Part shown: positions 8,861 to 17,798 of the stretch, piece after piece
Layout of the letters: every line of letters starts with the position of its first letter
How positions within the stretch are numbered: the stretch's first letter is position 1
Made by a program: the position numbers and the translations under genes
DNA from: Acidimicrobiia bacterium
GTDB taxonomy: Bacteria; Actinomycetota; Acidimicrobiia; Spongiisociales; ZC4RG35
Direction of reading: 5' to 3'
DNA length: 64,000 nucleotides
NCBI GenBank assembly: GCA_040905905.1
Contig: JBBDQN010000032.1
Location: forward strand, 30,796 to 94,795
The notes under the pieces: model-generated
Seen by the model: the letters and a program-made list of their open reading frames with translations, nothing else
Databases searched by the model: none
Told to the model about the DNA's origin: nothing

Positions 8861-8919
8861 GGACGGAGAACCCGGAGGGTTCCGGGTGGGAAGGGGGAGA
8901 ACCCTCCGGGCTCCGTTCG
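8860..8919 (+). other. long (~20 bp) imperfect hairpin just upstream of the PH-domain gene
   Basis: CGGACGGAG (8860-68) pairs with CUCCGUUCG (8911-19), one G-U pair. CCCGGAGGGUU (8871-81) pairs with AACCCUCCGGG (8900-10). The 18-nt loop is G-rich. Confidence 0.6.
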
Positions 8920-8956
8920 GACATCATGGTCACCACCTGCGAAGTAGCCTCGCCAC

Positions 8957-9586
8957 GTGCCTTACCCATCTCGCCTTCTCAGTCCTGGTGAAGAAGTCGT
9001 AACGGAGTTTCGTCCACACTGGACGGCAATTCTCGGGCCGCTCTCGATCACTCTCGGCGCCCTGGTTGCGATCATCCTCCTCGCCTTTGTCGTCCCTGAC
9101 AGCCAAGCCGGCCTGAGCCGCTTTGGTCCGGCGGTGATCGCGGTGCTCTGGTTGGCGGTGACGCTCCGCGGATTCATCAAATGGTTGACCACCCAGCACA
9201 TCATCACCAACGAGCGGGTCATCCACCGCCAGGGTTTTATCTCCAAACAGGGCAAGGAGATCCCCCTTGAGATGATCAACACGGTTTCGTTTTCCCAGAA
9301 TGTGTTCGAGCGGATAGTGGGCAGCGGGGATGTCGTGATCGAGTCGGCCGGGGAGGGTGGCCAAAATCGGTACAAGGACATCCCCGATCCTGAAGGTCTG
9401 CAGACCCTGATCTATAGCAACCGCGAACAGCGGATGTTCTCGCTGGAAAGAGGGGGCCAGGGCGCCACCAAGGCCGAGCAACTCCAGATTCTCTCAGAGC
9501 TGCACGACAACGGAAAGCTCTCGGACGAGGAGTTCGAGCGCGAGAAGGCCAAGATCATGAACCAGGATCAGGGTGGGAGCCGTTGA
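8957..9586 (+). CDS. membrane bPH_2 (YdbS/YdbT-like PH) domain protein with C-terminal SHOCT motif
   Basis: GTG start. LLSPGEEVVTEFRPHW, then two TM helices, then ITNERVIHRQGFISKQGKEIPL. C-terminal KLSDEEFEREKAKI is SHOCT-like. Confidence 0.65.
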   Translation: MPYPSRLLSPGEEVVTEFRPHWTAILGPLSITLGALVAIILLAFVVPDSQAGLSRFGPAVIAVLWLAVTLRGFIKWLTTQHIITNERVIHRQGFISKQGKEIPLEMINTVSFSQNVFERIVGSGDVVIESAGEGGQNRYKDIPDPEGLQTLIYSNREQRMFSLERGGQGATKAEQLQILSELHDNGKLSDEEFEREKAKIMNQDQGGSR

Positions 9587-11199
9587 TGACGCACATGATG
9601 GACTTCCCCTTGTTGCTCTCGACTCTCTACGACCGGGCAGTGAGGCTCTATCCGGATCGAGAGATCGTGTCCGTGGAGGCCGACAGGAGTCTGACCCGGA
9701 CCAACTTTGGGGAGGTCGATGGCCGGATCCGGAGGTTGGCAACCGCTTTTGCTCGCCTTGGAGTGGAACCAGGGGAGGCCATCGCCACTTTTGCCTGGAA
9801 CAATCACCGCCACCACGAGCTGTACTGGGCAACTGCCAACACAGGTCGTATCTGCCATACGGTCAACCTGCGGCTCTTCCCCGAACAGCTCGTCTACATC
9901 ATCAACCACGCCGCCGATCGGGCGCTCTTCGTCGATCCCGACCTGGTCCCCCTTATCGAACGGATTGCCTCCGACCTTGAAACTGTGCAGAACTTCGTGG
10001 TGATGGGGGCATCGGTGGGGGAGACGACACTTCCCAACGCCATTGCCTACGAGGACCTGATCGACGGGCTGGTACCCCATGGCGCCTGGCCGCTGCTCGA
10101 TGAGCGGTCGCCGATGATGTACTGCTACACGTCGGGCACTACCGGCAATCCCAAAGGAGTGGCCTACACCCAGCGGTCAACCTACCTCCACACCATCTCC
10201 AACCTGGCCAACTTCAACCTGGGCCCGGCCGACAACGTGTTGCCCGTCGTGCCGATGTTTCACGCGTCAGCGTGGGGCTATCCGTGGATGGCCACGGCCG
10301 TGGGAGCCAAACTCACCTACCCGGGCCCTGACCTCACCCCGGCGGGTCTGGTCAAGCTGTTCGACGATGAGAAGGTGACGTTCTCCGCCGGGGTGCCCAC
10401 CGTCTGGCTGGGCATCCAGCAATACCTGGCCGACCATCCCGAGGCAGATGTGTCCTCGATGCGAGCATTTTTGTGTGGAGGGTCAGCGGTGCCGCGGGCC
10501 ATGATCGACTGGTTCTGGAAGAACCGGGGGATCCTGGTGCAACAGGGTTGGGGGATGACCGAGACCAACCCGGTGGCGTCGATCGCCCTGCTCAAACCCG
10601 AAATGGAGGATTGGGACTTCGAAAGGAAGCTGGATGTGCTCGAAACCGCCGGCCTCCCGGTGCCCGGGCTCCAGGTGAAAATCGTCGATGACAATGGTAA
10701 AGAATTGGCACAGGACGGGGAGGCTTTCGGCGAGCTGCTGATCAGGGGACCCTGGATTGCCGCCGAGTACTACCGCGACCCCCGCTCTGCCGAGACATTC
10801 CAGGACGGGTGGATGCGGACCGGGGATGTCTGCAAGATCACACCCGAGGGATACATCCGGATCACGGATCGGGCCAAGGATGTCATCAAGTCGGGCGGAG
10901 AGTGGATCTCATCGCTCGACCTCGAGAACACGCTGATGGCCCATCCGGCGGTCTTGGAAGCGACGGTTGTGGGCCTCAAACACGTCAAATGGCAAGAGCG
11001 TCCCGCCGCGTTTGTAGTGCTCCGACCCGGTGCCGGTGCGACCGAGGACGAGTTGGTCGAGTTCCTGGCTACCAGGATGGCCAAGTGGTGGCTGCCCGAC
11101 CGGGTGGTCTTCATCGATCAGATTCCCAAGACCGGAACAGGAAAGTTCGATAAAAAGCTTGTGCGCGACCAGTACTCTGATTTACTGATGGAGGCATAG
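9583..11199 (+). CDS. AMP-dependent acyl-CoA synthetase / long-chain fatty acid-CoA ligase
   Basis: YTSGTTGNPKGV AMP-binding motif, GWGMTE, TGDV...GYIRITDRAKDVIKSGGEWISS. Confidence 0.85.
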   Translation: MMTHMMDFPLLLSTLYDRAVRLYPDREIVSVEADRSLTRTNFGEVDGRIRRLATAFARLGVEPGEAIATFAWNNHRHHELYWATANTGRICHTVNLRLFPEQLVYIINHAADRALFVDPDLVPLIERIASDLETVQNFVVMGASVGETTLPNAIAYEDLIDGLVPHGAWPLLDERSPMMYCYTSGTTGNPKGVAYTQRSTYLHTISNLANFNLGPADNVLPVVPMFHASAWGYPWMATAVGAKLTYPGPDLTPAGLVKLFDDEKVTFSAGVPTVWLGIQQYLADHPEADVSSMRAFLCGGSAVPRAMIDWFWKNRGILVQQGWGMTETNPVASIALLKPEMEDWDFERKLDVLETAGLPVPGLQVKIVDDNGKELAQDGEAFGELLIRGPWIAAEYYRDPRSAETFQDGWMRTGDVCKITPEGYIRITDRAKDVIKSGGEWISSLDLENTLMAHPAVLEATVVGLKHVKWQERPAAFVVLRPGAGATEDELVEFLATRMAKWWLPDRVVFIDQIPKTGTGKFDKKLVRDQYSDLLMEA

Positions 11200-11218
11200 C
11201 GGGCAATCGGGGCAACTT

Positions 11219-11482
11219 ATGTTTGAGTCGGTCGAATTTGTGGAACCTCAATTGCCAATCGGCGCGCCAATTTCCCAACGGTTGATTGGGGTTTTTGAGG
11301 TTGAGGAGGATGCCATAGAGGCAGCCCGCGACTCCCGCGAGGCATTTGGCGAGTCCGAGGACTATGCGTGGTGGATCGTGCGGAGACAGGGCGCCCAGCT
11401 TTCCCGCTGGATCGCCGACAACCGCAGCCACAAGGAGTTCGTGCTCGACATGCGGACGGGCACCCTCGTCGAGATCCCCTAG
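11219..11482 (+). CDS. hypothetical small acidic protein
   Basis: ORF track only. It fits the gap between flanking genes. No motif recognised. Confidence 0.4.
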   Translation: MFESVEFVEPQLPIGAPISQRLIGVFEVEEDAIEAARDSREAFGESEDYAWWIVRRQGAQLSRWIADNRSHKEFVLDMRTGTLVEIP

Positions 11483-11504
11483 GACCGACGCCCTTAATCA
11501 GCGG

Positions 11505-12479
11505 TTAGCCGTCTAGCAACCAGGTGTCGGCCGAGTTGACGACATCGCCCGCCTCCTTAGAACCGGCGATCACGAACAGGTCATCAGCGATTGCCACCAT
11601 CGGAACCCCATGCAGTGGCACCGGCAGTCTGGGGGCCGCGGTCCAAACCCCACCCACCAGGCTCTCGACCTCGTCGAGGGTGCGAGTCGGGTCGAACACC
11701 TCCCCACCACCCACGAAGATGGCGCCCTCCACTACGGCCGCCCCAAACCCGGAGCGGGCGTCGATCATGCCAGGACCTTCGCTCCAGGTTGCCAGCGCCG
11801 GGTCGAAGACCTCCACCGATCTCAGCATTAGCCCTTCCCAACGCCCACCGAGCGCCCACAACTTGTCGTCGTGTGCCACGACGACAAAGTGTTCGCGGGG
11901 CTGTTGGAGGGGTGCCAGCGAGGTCCAGGTTTGGTCGGCGGGGTCAAAGACCAGAGTTTCCGTCCCGTTGGGAACCCCTCCCAACACGTATATGAGCCCA
12001 TCGAGGGTGGCCGCGGCGCCTGCCCCGGTGGCCTCGGGGAGGTCGGGGATCTCAGCCCACACGTTGGTTGCGGGGTCGTATGACCATCCACTCGCCACCG
12101 GGATGAAACCCTCAGCGCTGTAGCCCCCAACCACGTATACCAACCCTCCCATGGCCGCGGCCATCAGGTGATGGCGCGGACTGGGAAGGGCGGCCACCGG
12201 CTCCCATCGATCTTCGTCAGGGAGATATCGCTCGACGGACTCGGTGGCGGCGAAACCCTGAGCGGTGCTCACCAGACCCCCGATAGCGTATATAGCCGAG
12301 TCGACCGCCACCGCCGGCATCTCTGAGCGGGGAATGTCCATCGGCGCCCGACGGATCCAATCCTGGAATGCCGGGTCGGAGTTGCTGCAGGCCACCATCA
12401 CCAGCGCCACCGCGATCAGCATGGAGCCGAACGGCGGCGATGTAGCTGGATATAGGCTGGCGTGGTGGGAGCTTTTCAT
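11505..12479 (-). CDS. Kelch-repeat lipoprotein
   Basis: C-terminal 300 aa of ORF 11505..13247. Lipobox-like LIAVALVMVACSN. Repeated IYAIGG / VYVVGG / IYVLGG / LWALGG / IFVGGG blades. Start is either ATG 12479 (MKSSHH) or ATG 12422 (MLIAVAL). The rest of the long ORF is rejected. Confidence 0.7.
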   Translation of the reverse strand: MKSSHHASLYPATSPPFGSMLIAVALVMVACSNSDPAFQDWIRRAPMDIPRSEMPAVAVDSAIYAIGGLVSTAQGFAATESVERYLPDEDRWEPVAALPSPRHHLMAAAMGGLVYVVGGYSAEGFIPVASGWSYDPATNVWAEIPDLPEATGAGAAATLDGLIYVLGGVPNGTETLVFDPADQTWTSLAPLQQPREHFVVVAHDDKLWALGGRWEGLMLRSVEVFDPALATWSEGPGMIDARSGFGAAVVEGAIFVGGGEVFDPTRTLDEVESLVGGVWTAAPRLPVPLHGVPMVAIADDLFVIAGSKEAGDVVNSADTWLLDG

Positions 12480-12830
12480 TCGGTCTTTGGTTGGGTGGTG
12501 GTCGGATTGTGTGCCTTGTCCGGTCTCTATGGGATCATCCTGGCCATCGCCAAACGAACTCCCGGGGGATTCTTTCGGGGGGCGCTGACGGTGGCAGTGG
12601 GGGCTCTGCTCCTGCAGGTGGTGCTGGGAGTGGCATCGATGAACCTCGAGGAACGGGACCCCGGGAATCAACATCTCTTCTACGGAGTGGTGGCAGCCAC
12701 CACTCTCGGCTTCGCTTACATCTACCGCATCCAATTCTCCCGGCGCCCGGCGCTTTACTACGGCTTGTTGATGTTGTTCCTGATGGGTTTGGCGATTCGC
12801 GGCATCATGACATTCGGAAATAACTTCTAG
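12462..12830 (+). CDS. hypothetical integral membrane protein (4 TM)
   Basis: ORF track. Four clear hydrophobic helices. Directly precedes fabI. Confidence 0.55.
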   Translation: MVGAFHSVFGWVVVGLCALSGLYGIILAIAKRTPGGFFRGALTVAVGALLLQVVLGVASMNLEERDPGNQHLFYGVVAATTLGFAYIYRIQFSRRPALYYGLLMLFLMGLAIRGIMTFGNNF

Positions 12831-12845
12831 ACCGAGGAGGCGTGC

Positions 12846-13649
12846 GTGTTGTTGCAGGGGAAGAGACTGCTGATCACCGGCATAACCACCGACGATTCCA
12901 TCGCTTACCACGTGGCCCGGGTGGCTCTGTCCGAAGGTGCGGAGATCGTCGTCACCAATTTCGGCCGGGGTCTGCGGCTCACCGAAAGGGTGGTCCAACG
13001 CCTCGATCCGACGCCCCCGGTCCTGGAGATGGATATCAACGAGCCTGCCCATGTCGCGGCCGTGGCGGAAGACCTCAAAGGGCGCTGGGGAGCATTGGAT
13101 GGTGCCCTTCATGCGATTGCTTTCGCGCCTATGGACGCCCTTGGCGGAAATTTCCTCAACACTCCTCCGGAGTCTGCCCAAACCGCTTTTATGGTCTCTG
13201 CCTTCTCGTTTAAGACGCTCGCAGTGGCGATGTTGCCGCTGCTGCAAAATGCAGGCGGGGGAGCGCTGGTGGCGCTCGACTTCGACAATGAACAGGCCTG
13301 GCCGGCTTATGACTGGATGGGGGTAGCGAAGTCGGCCCTGGAGTCGGTTACTCGTTATCTAGCCCGCGATCTCGGTCGTCATCGGATCAGGGTCAACTGT
13401 GTTTCGGCGGGCCCACTGCGGACGGTGGCAGCCAAGTCCATCCCCGGCTTCGAGATCCTCCAGGACATTTGGAACGACCAGTCGCCCCTGGCCTGGGATC
13501 TCAACAACCCGGACCCGGTGGCCCGCATGGTCTGTGTCCTTCTGTCCGATTGGGCACCGATGACAACCGGTGAGATCGTCCACGTCGACGGTGGATTTCA
13601 TGCGATGTCGGCCGGAGGCGGCACGCCGATGCCAACTGAGGAGGCCTGA
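12846..13649 (+). CDS. fabI: NADH-dependent enoyl-ACP reductase (FabI/InhA type)
   Basis: LLQGKRLLITGITTDDSIAYHVARVA..., YDWMGVAKSALESVTRYLARDLG, CVLLSDWAPMTTGEIVHVDGG. It aligns by eye along its whole length to mycobacterial InhA. Confidence 0.88.
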   Translation: MLLQGKRLLITGITTDDSIAYHVARVALSEGAEIVVTNFGRGLRLTERVVQRLDPTPPVLEMDINEPAHVAAVAEDLKGRWGALDGALHAIAFAPMDALGGNFLNTPPESAQTAFMVSAFSFKTLAVAMLPLLQNAGGGALVALDFDNEQAWPAYDWMGVAKSALESVTRYLARDLGRHRIRVNCVSAGPLRTVAAKSIPGFEILQDIWNDQSPLAWDLNNPDPVARMVCVLLSDWAPMTTGEIVHVDGGFHAMSAGGGTPMPTEEA

Positions 13650-13674
13650 CTCCGACAACCCTATCGACGGCGAT

Positions 13675-15492
13675 CTATCGCCTGGTGAACGTCCGCTCGC
13701 GGGCCGCGGCCAGTCCGACCGCAGCCGAGGGCAGGGTACGGGGTAGCGAGATCGTGAAGGTGGCTCCGCCGCCCACCGTCTCGTGCAGCCCGACATTGCC
13801 ATTCATGGCTTCGGTAAGACCCCGGACGATGTTCAAGCCGAGCCCGGTTCCGCCACGGGTTCTCGTAGCCGAACCCTCCATCTGGGTGAAGCGTTCGAAT
13901 ATCCGATCGCGCTGTTCGGCGGGCACACCCTCGCCGTGGTCGATGATCGAGATGTCGACCCGGTCGCCACGGGCCCGGGCGAAAACCTCGACCGCACTTC
14001 CCGGGGCGTATTTGGAGGCGTTGTCGAGGAGGTTGACGAAGATCCGGTTCAGGTGATCGTGGTCGGCCAACACTGCGGCGTCGTCGGGATCAACGTCGAT
14101 GTTCAACTCGGCAATGGCGATCGTCGAGGTGACCTCCTTCAGGAATGTCATCAGCGGGACTGCCTCGAGCTGGATGGGGACGGCATTGCGGTCGATGCGA
14201 CTGACGATCAACAGATCCTCAATGAGGCGCTGCAACCGGCCCGCCTGGCGGCGGGCGGTGTTGAGGAGGTTGCGGGCCGCCTCCGCCTGGGGAGCCAGTT
14301 CCGGTCGGGCCACCGTATCGAGCGATCCGATGATCGAGGTGAGGGGTGTTCGCAACTCGTGGCTAACCACCGACACGAAGTCGGTTTTCATCTGGGCTAC
14401 CTCCTCGAGCCTTCTGGTCATCTCCGAAACGGCTTCGTAGCGCCCGAGCTGAGAGAGCACCAGCGCAGCCGGAGCGCCCAGGCTGTACAGGGCTTCAAGT
14501 TGGTCGGCCTGGAAGCCGCCGACGACCGGGTCGCCGACGGCGATCACCCCGACCTTGAATTGCTCGACCCGCAAGGGCGCGACCATCGCTTCCACGAGGC
14601 CGAGTTCCCCGAGCACGCCGTAACTTTCTGGTTTTTCGGCGATCCTCTGCAATAACACCGGCTTGCCAGACTTGAAAACCTGGGCTACCACCCCTCCGGT
14701 GCCGACCGGGATGCGAATGTCGGGGATGGCAAGCGGATAGCCAGTGACCCAGATCGGGTTCATCACCTTTAACTCATGTGTGTCGGGGATGTACAACATC
14801 ACCACCCCCACCTGAGCGTTGAGGTAGGTGCATATGCGACCGACCAATTCGGGGAGGACGTCGGCGAGCGATTCGGCGCCGGCGAGGGTGGTTGAAACGG
14901 CGTATAGGCGTTCGAAGTCTGCTCGCTGCCGCTGGAGGTCGGAGAGCCGGCGCCCGCTTCTTTGGGCTTCCCTTTCGAACTCGGATCCGATCAGGGCAGT
15001 CGCCGCCGCCACCACCGCAGCGGACAAGGCCTGCACCACCACCTCGGTGATGTCGAAATCGGGGACAGTGATGATCGTGCTGATCGCCAGAGTGGAGACA
15101 ACGGCAATAGTCACCATGACGTGTTTGAAACGGTCGAGCACCAGACCCGAGAGGGCCACTATGCCGAAAAAGAGTGGCTGGGTAACTGCGCGGAGGTTGG
15201 GGATCGAGGAAATCGCCGCCAGGCAGACAATTATCGACATGTTCCAGACGAGGGTTGCCCACAGTCCTTTCTCGGTGGGCATCACCCGGTTCCAATCGAC
15301 AAGCGAAGCTGCCACCAGGACAGAACCCATGAAGGCGGCAGGAACCAGGAACCAGGGATCCTCGAACACGCCGGAGGTCACGGCCCTGGCGCCGATGATG
15401 ACGAGCACGATCCAGCCCAGGGCGACCGAGCGTCGCAGTGAGGCGGCTCGAAACCGCCAAAGCGGCTGCGACGATTCTGCTGTCAGTTCCAC
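13675..15492 (-). CDS. sensor histidine kinase (multi-TM, GAF, HisKA, HATPase_c)
   Basis: N-terminal ~6 TM helices and a GAF-like middle region. H-box SHELRTPLTSI. N/G boxes NLLDNASKY, DHGEGV, GGTGLGL. No response regulator in the window. Confidence 0.85.
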   Translation of the reverse strand: MELTAESSQPLWRFRAASLRRSVALGWIVLVIIGARAVTSGVFEDPWFLVPAAFMGSVLVAASLVDWNRVMPTEKGLWATLVWNMSIIVCLAAISSIPNLRAVTQPLFFGIVALSGLVLDRFKHVMVTIAVVSTLAISTIITVPDFDITEVVVQALSAAVVAAATALIGSEFEREAQRSGRRLSDLQRQRADFERLYAVSTTLAGAESLADVLPELVGRICTYLNAQVGVVMLYIPDTHELKVMNPIWVTGYPLAIPDIRIPVGTGGVVAQVFKSGKPVLLQRIAEKPESYGVLGELGLVEAMVAPLRVEQFKVGVIAVGDPVVGGFQADQLEALYSLGAPAALVLSQLGRYEAVSEMTRRLEEVAQMKTDFVSVVSHELRTPLTSIIGSLDTVARPELAPQAEAARNLLNTARRQAGRLQRLIEDLLIVSRIDRNAVPIQLEAVPLMTFLKEVTSTIAIAELNIDVDPDDAAVLADHDHLNRIFVNLLDNASKYAPGSAVEVFARARGDRVDISIIDHGEGVPAEQRDRIFERFTQMEGSATRTRGGTGLGLNIVRGLTEAMNGNVGLHETVGGGATFTISLPRTLPSAAVGLAAARERTFTRR

Positions 15493-15510
15493 CGTGTCCT
15501 GTCGGGTCGG

Positions 15511-16308
15511 TTGCAGAACAGTATTCTCGACTGCTGTGCCCTCCGCATTGAGTATGTCGTGGCGCTGAGGGCCTTCGGGGGCGGCTCAATGTTCGGGGAT
15601 GTGGCTGGTAACGGGCCACCTGTGGTCCTTGCCCTACACGGTTGGGGCCGGCGGGGAACCGATTTCGCTGCCTCTTTGCAAGGTTTTGCCTATATAGCTC
15701 TTGATCTGCCCGGGTTTGGCGCGTCTCCGGCCCCGGACCGACCCCAGAGCGCTGTCGGCTACGCCGAGATGGTGGCCCCGGTCCTCGAAGAAATGGCCCT
15801 GCGGCCCATACTGGTCGGGCATTCCTTTGGCGGGCGGGTGGCGGTGGTTCTGGCGGCCCGGCATCCCGAAAAGGTCGGAGGTCTGATCCTGACCGGGGTC
15901 CCCCTCATCCGGCGGCCGCGATTGCGGCGGGCGTCGTCAGTCTTCGGGGTCTTGCGATGGGGACACAAGATTGGATTGATCTCCAAGACGCGCATGGAAC
16001 GGTTTCGACGTCGCTATGGATCGGCCGACTATCGGGCGGCGACCGGGGTGATGCGCCAGACCCTGGTGGCAGCGGTCAACGAGTCGTACGAGGACGAATT
16101 GCGTTCGATCAAGGCGCCCGTGCATCTGATCTGGGGTGAGGCCGACACCGAGGTGCCCGTGCGGGTTGCCGTCGAAGCCGCGGCCCTCTTGAAGGGGTCC
16201 GGCGTGGAGGTCACCATCGAGGTGGTGCCGGGAGTGGGTCATTGGCTTCCCACGGAGGCACCCACCGCCCTCCAACACGCGGTAGAGACGATGTTGTCCA
16301 ACCCATGA
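15511..16308 (+). CDS. alpha/beta-fold hydrolase
   Basis: VVLALHGWGRRG, nucleophile elbow GHSFGG, C-terminal GVGHWLP. The likely true start is ATG 15589 (MFGDVAGNG). The stop overlaps the next gene start (ATGA at 16305-16308). Confidence 0.75.
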   Translation: MQNSILDCCALRIEYVVALRAFGGGSMFGDVAGNGPPVVLALHGWGRRGTDFAASLQGFAYIALDLPGFGASPAPDRPQSAVGYAEMVAPVLEEMALRPILVGHSFGGRVAVVLAARHPEKVGGLILTGVPLIRRPRLRRASSVFGVLRWGHKIGLISKTRMERFRRRYGSADYRAATGVMRQTLVAAVNESYEDELRSIKAPVHLIWGEADTEVPVRVAVEAAALLKGSGVEVTIEVVPGVGHWLPTEAPTALQHAVETMLSNP

Positions 16309-17798
16309 ATGCCTGGTTGACGGTGTTGGCAACCCTGGTGGCAGCCGTTACCTCGGTGCGGTGGCTCCGAATCGCCCAGCGCGAACACTATCTGGCGGGA
16401 TCGGTCGTCCGTTTCGCCCTGCGCTGGTGGCGATCGACGCCTCTCAACATGGTTGTGGCCGGCCTGGCCCTGGTGGGGGTGGTCGGGGTTTGGCTATGGC
16501 CGCTACTCGGGTGGCTCGGGCTCGTTGCCGGGCTTGGTCCCCTGGGTCTCTCGATGCGAGGGCGCACGTCGAAGCTGGCCTGGACCGGACGCCTGCGCAG
16601 GTTGTCGGGAGCGGCGGGCGCGTTGTTCGGGGCGACCCTGCTGATCGGATTGGTCACCGGAAGGCCGGGGTGGACGGTGGCCACAGTGGTTGGATCACCG
16701 CTGATGGTCGATCTGTCGCTGGTGTTACTTTCGCCGATCGAGCGGCGACTCGGGCAACGATGGGTCGACCAGGCCCGCTCACGGTTGGCAAGCTCGGGGG
16801 CGCGGGTGGTGGCCATTACCGGGAGCTATGGCAAAACCACGACCAAGGGTTATCTCGGCCATCTCATCGGCGGTCGCTTTCACGCCTCGGTCAGCCCGGC
16901 ATCGTTCAACAACCGGATGGGACTGGCCCGGGCGATAAACGAACACCTGGTGCCAGGGACCGAGGTGTTTGTTGCCGAGATGGGGACCTATGGCCGTGGT
17001 GAGATCACCGAATTGTGCGAATTCGTGACACCCGAGATCGGGATCATCACCGCGATCGGCCCTGTCCATCTCGAACGGTTCGGCTCGCTAGAGGCGATCG
17101 TGGAGTCCAAGAGGGAAATCCTCGAAAGGTCCCGGGTAGCGGTCCTCAACATCGATGACGATTATCTGGCGAAGGTCGCCGACGAAGAGACAGGACGTCG
17201 CCAGGTGGTGCGGATCTCGGCCCGGGCGCAGCACGCAGATGTCGCGGTGGTTGGACAAGTCCTCAGGGTGGGACAAAGAGAAGTCGCCTCAGTTGGCCCC
17301 GAGGTGTTTGGGGCCAACCTGGCCGCGGCGGTCGCGGCCGCCCTCGAGCTGGGAATGACGGTGGCAGAGATTGCCCCCCGGCTCGGGGATCTTCCGACCA
17401 CCGCTCACCGGCGCCACGTGATGACCACCGACCGGGGCTTGGTGGTGGTGGACGACACTTACAACTCCAATCCGGCCGGGGCGGTGGCTGCACTAGACGT
17501 GTTGCAAGCACTCCCCGGTTCCGGTCGCAAGGTGGTGGTCACCCCGGGCATGGTCGAGTTGGGAAAGCGCCAGTACGACGAGAACCTCCGCTTGGCGCGA
17601 TCGGCGTCGACCCTGGCCACGGACTTGATCGTGGTCGGGCAAACCAATCGCCGGGCCCTTTCGGAAGGTGCGGTGGGAGGAAGAGCCGCGGTTACCGTGG
17701 TTGCCTCAAGAGAGCAGGCGGTTGACTGGGTCCGATCGCATCTGGAACCGGGCGACGCCGTCCTTTACGAAAACGATCTACCGGACCATTACCCATGA
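16305..17798 (+). CDS. Mur-ligase family protein (MurF-like) with N-terminal ~170-aa multi-TM domain
   Basis: ORF 16242..17798 trimmed to ATG 16305 (MNAWLTVLATLVAAV). About five hydrophobic helices precede the Mur-ligase P-loop ITGSYGKTTTKGYL. Then EMGTYGRGEI, DDTYNSNP, and a C-terminal domain. Confidence 0.75.
   Translation: MNAWLTVLATLVAAVTSVRWLRIAQREHYLAGSVVRFALRWWRSTPLNMVVAGLALVGVVGVWLWPLLGWLGLVAGLGPLGLSMRGRTSKLAWTGRLRRLSGAAGALFGATLLIGLVTGRPGWTVATVVGSPLMVDLSLVLLSPIERRLGQRWVDQARSRLASSGARVVAITGSYGKTTTKGYLGHLIGGRFHASVSPASFNNRMGLARAINEHLVPGTEVFVAEMGTYGRGEITELCEFVTPEIGIITAIGPVHLERFGSLEAIVESKREILERSRVAVLNIDDDYLAKVADEETGRRQVVRISARAQHADVAVVGQVLRVGQREVASVGPEVFGANLAAAVAAALELGMTVAEIAPRLGDLPTTAHRRHVMTTDRGLVVVDDTYNSNPAGAVAALDVLQALPGSGRKVVVTPGMVELGKRQYDENLRLARSASTLATDLIVVGQTNRRALSEGAVGGRAAVTVVASREQAVDWVRSHLEPGDAVLYENDLPDHYP

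Noticed and set aside
8098-8956. Identity of the structured region as RNase P RNA, tmRNA, 6C RNA, cobalamin riboswitch or TPP riboswitch
   Set aside because: There is no GAGGAAAGUCCGGGC or ACAGAAxCCGGCUUA core in the right order; the CCGGGCUCC/GAACCCGG matches are just the two arms of one hairpin. There is no tRNA-like GGUUCGAxUCC...CCACCA end or ...ALAA tag frame. Only one C-rich loop is present, and only on the minus strand, whereas 6C needs two. GGAGACCGG resembles a B12 box, but the upstream GGGAA/CCCGCAAC core is missing or misordered and the downstream gene is unrelated. CCUGAUCGGG resembles a THI-box piece, but there is no CUGAGA.
12480-13247. N-terminal ~255 aa of the 580-aa minus ORF 11505..13247
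   Set aside because: The sequence is His/Gln/Arg-rich nonsense lying antisense to the well-supported fabI gene and the 4-TM membrane protein. Only the C-terminal Kelch lipoprotein part is credible.
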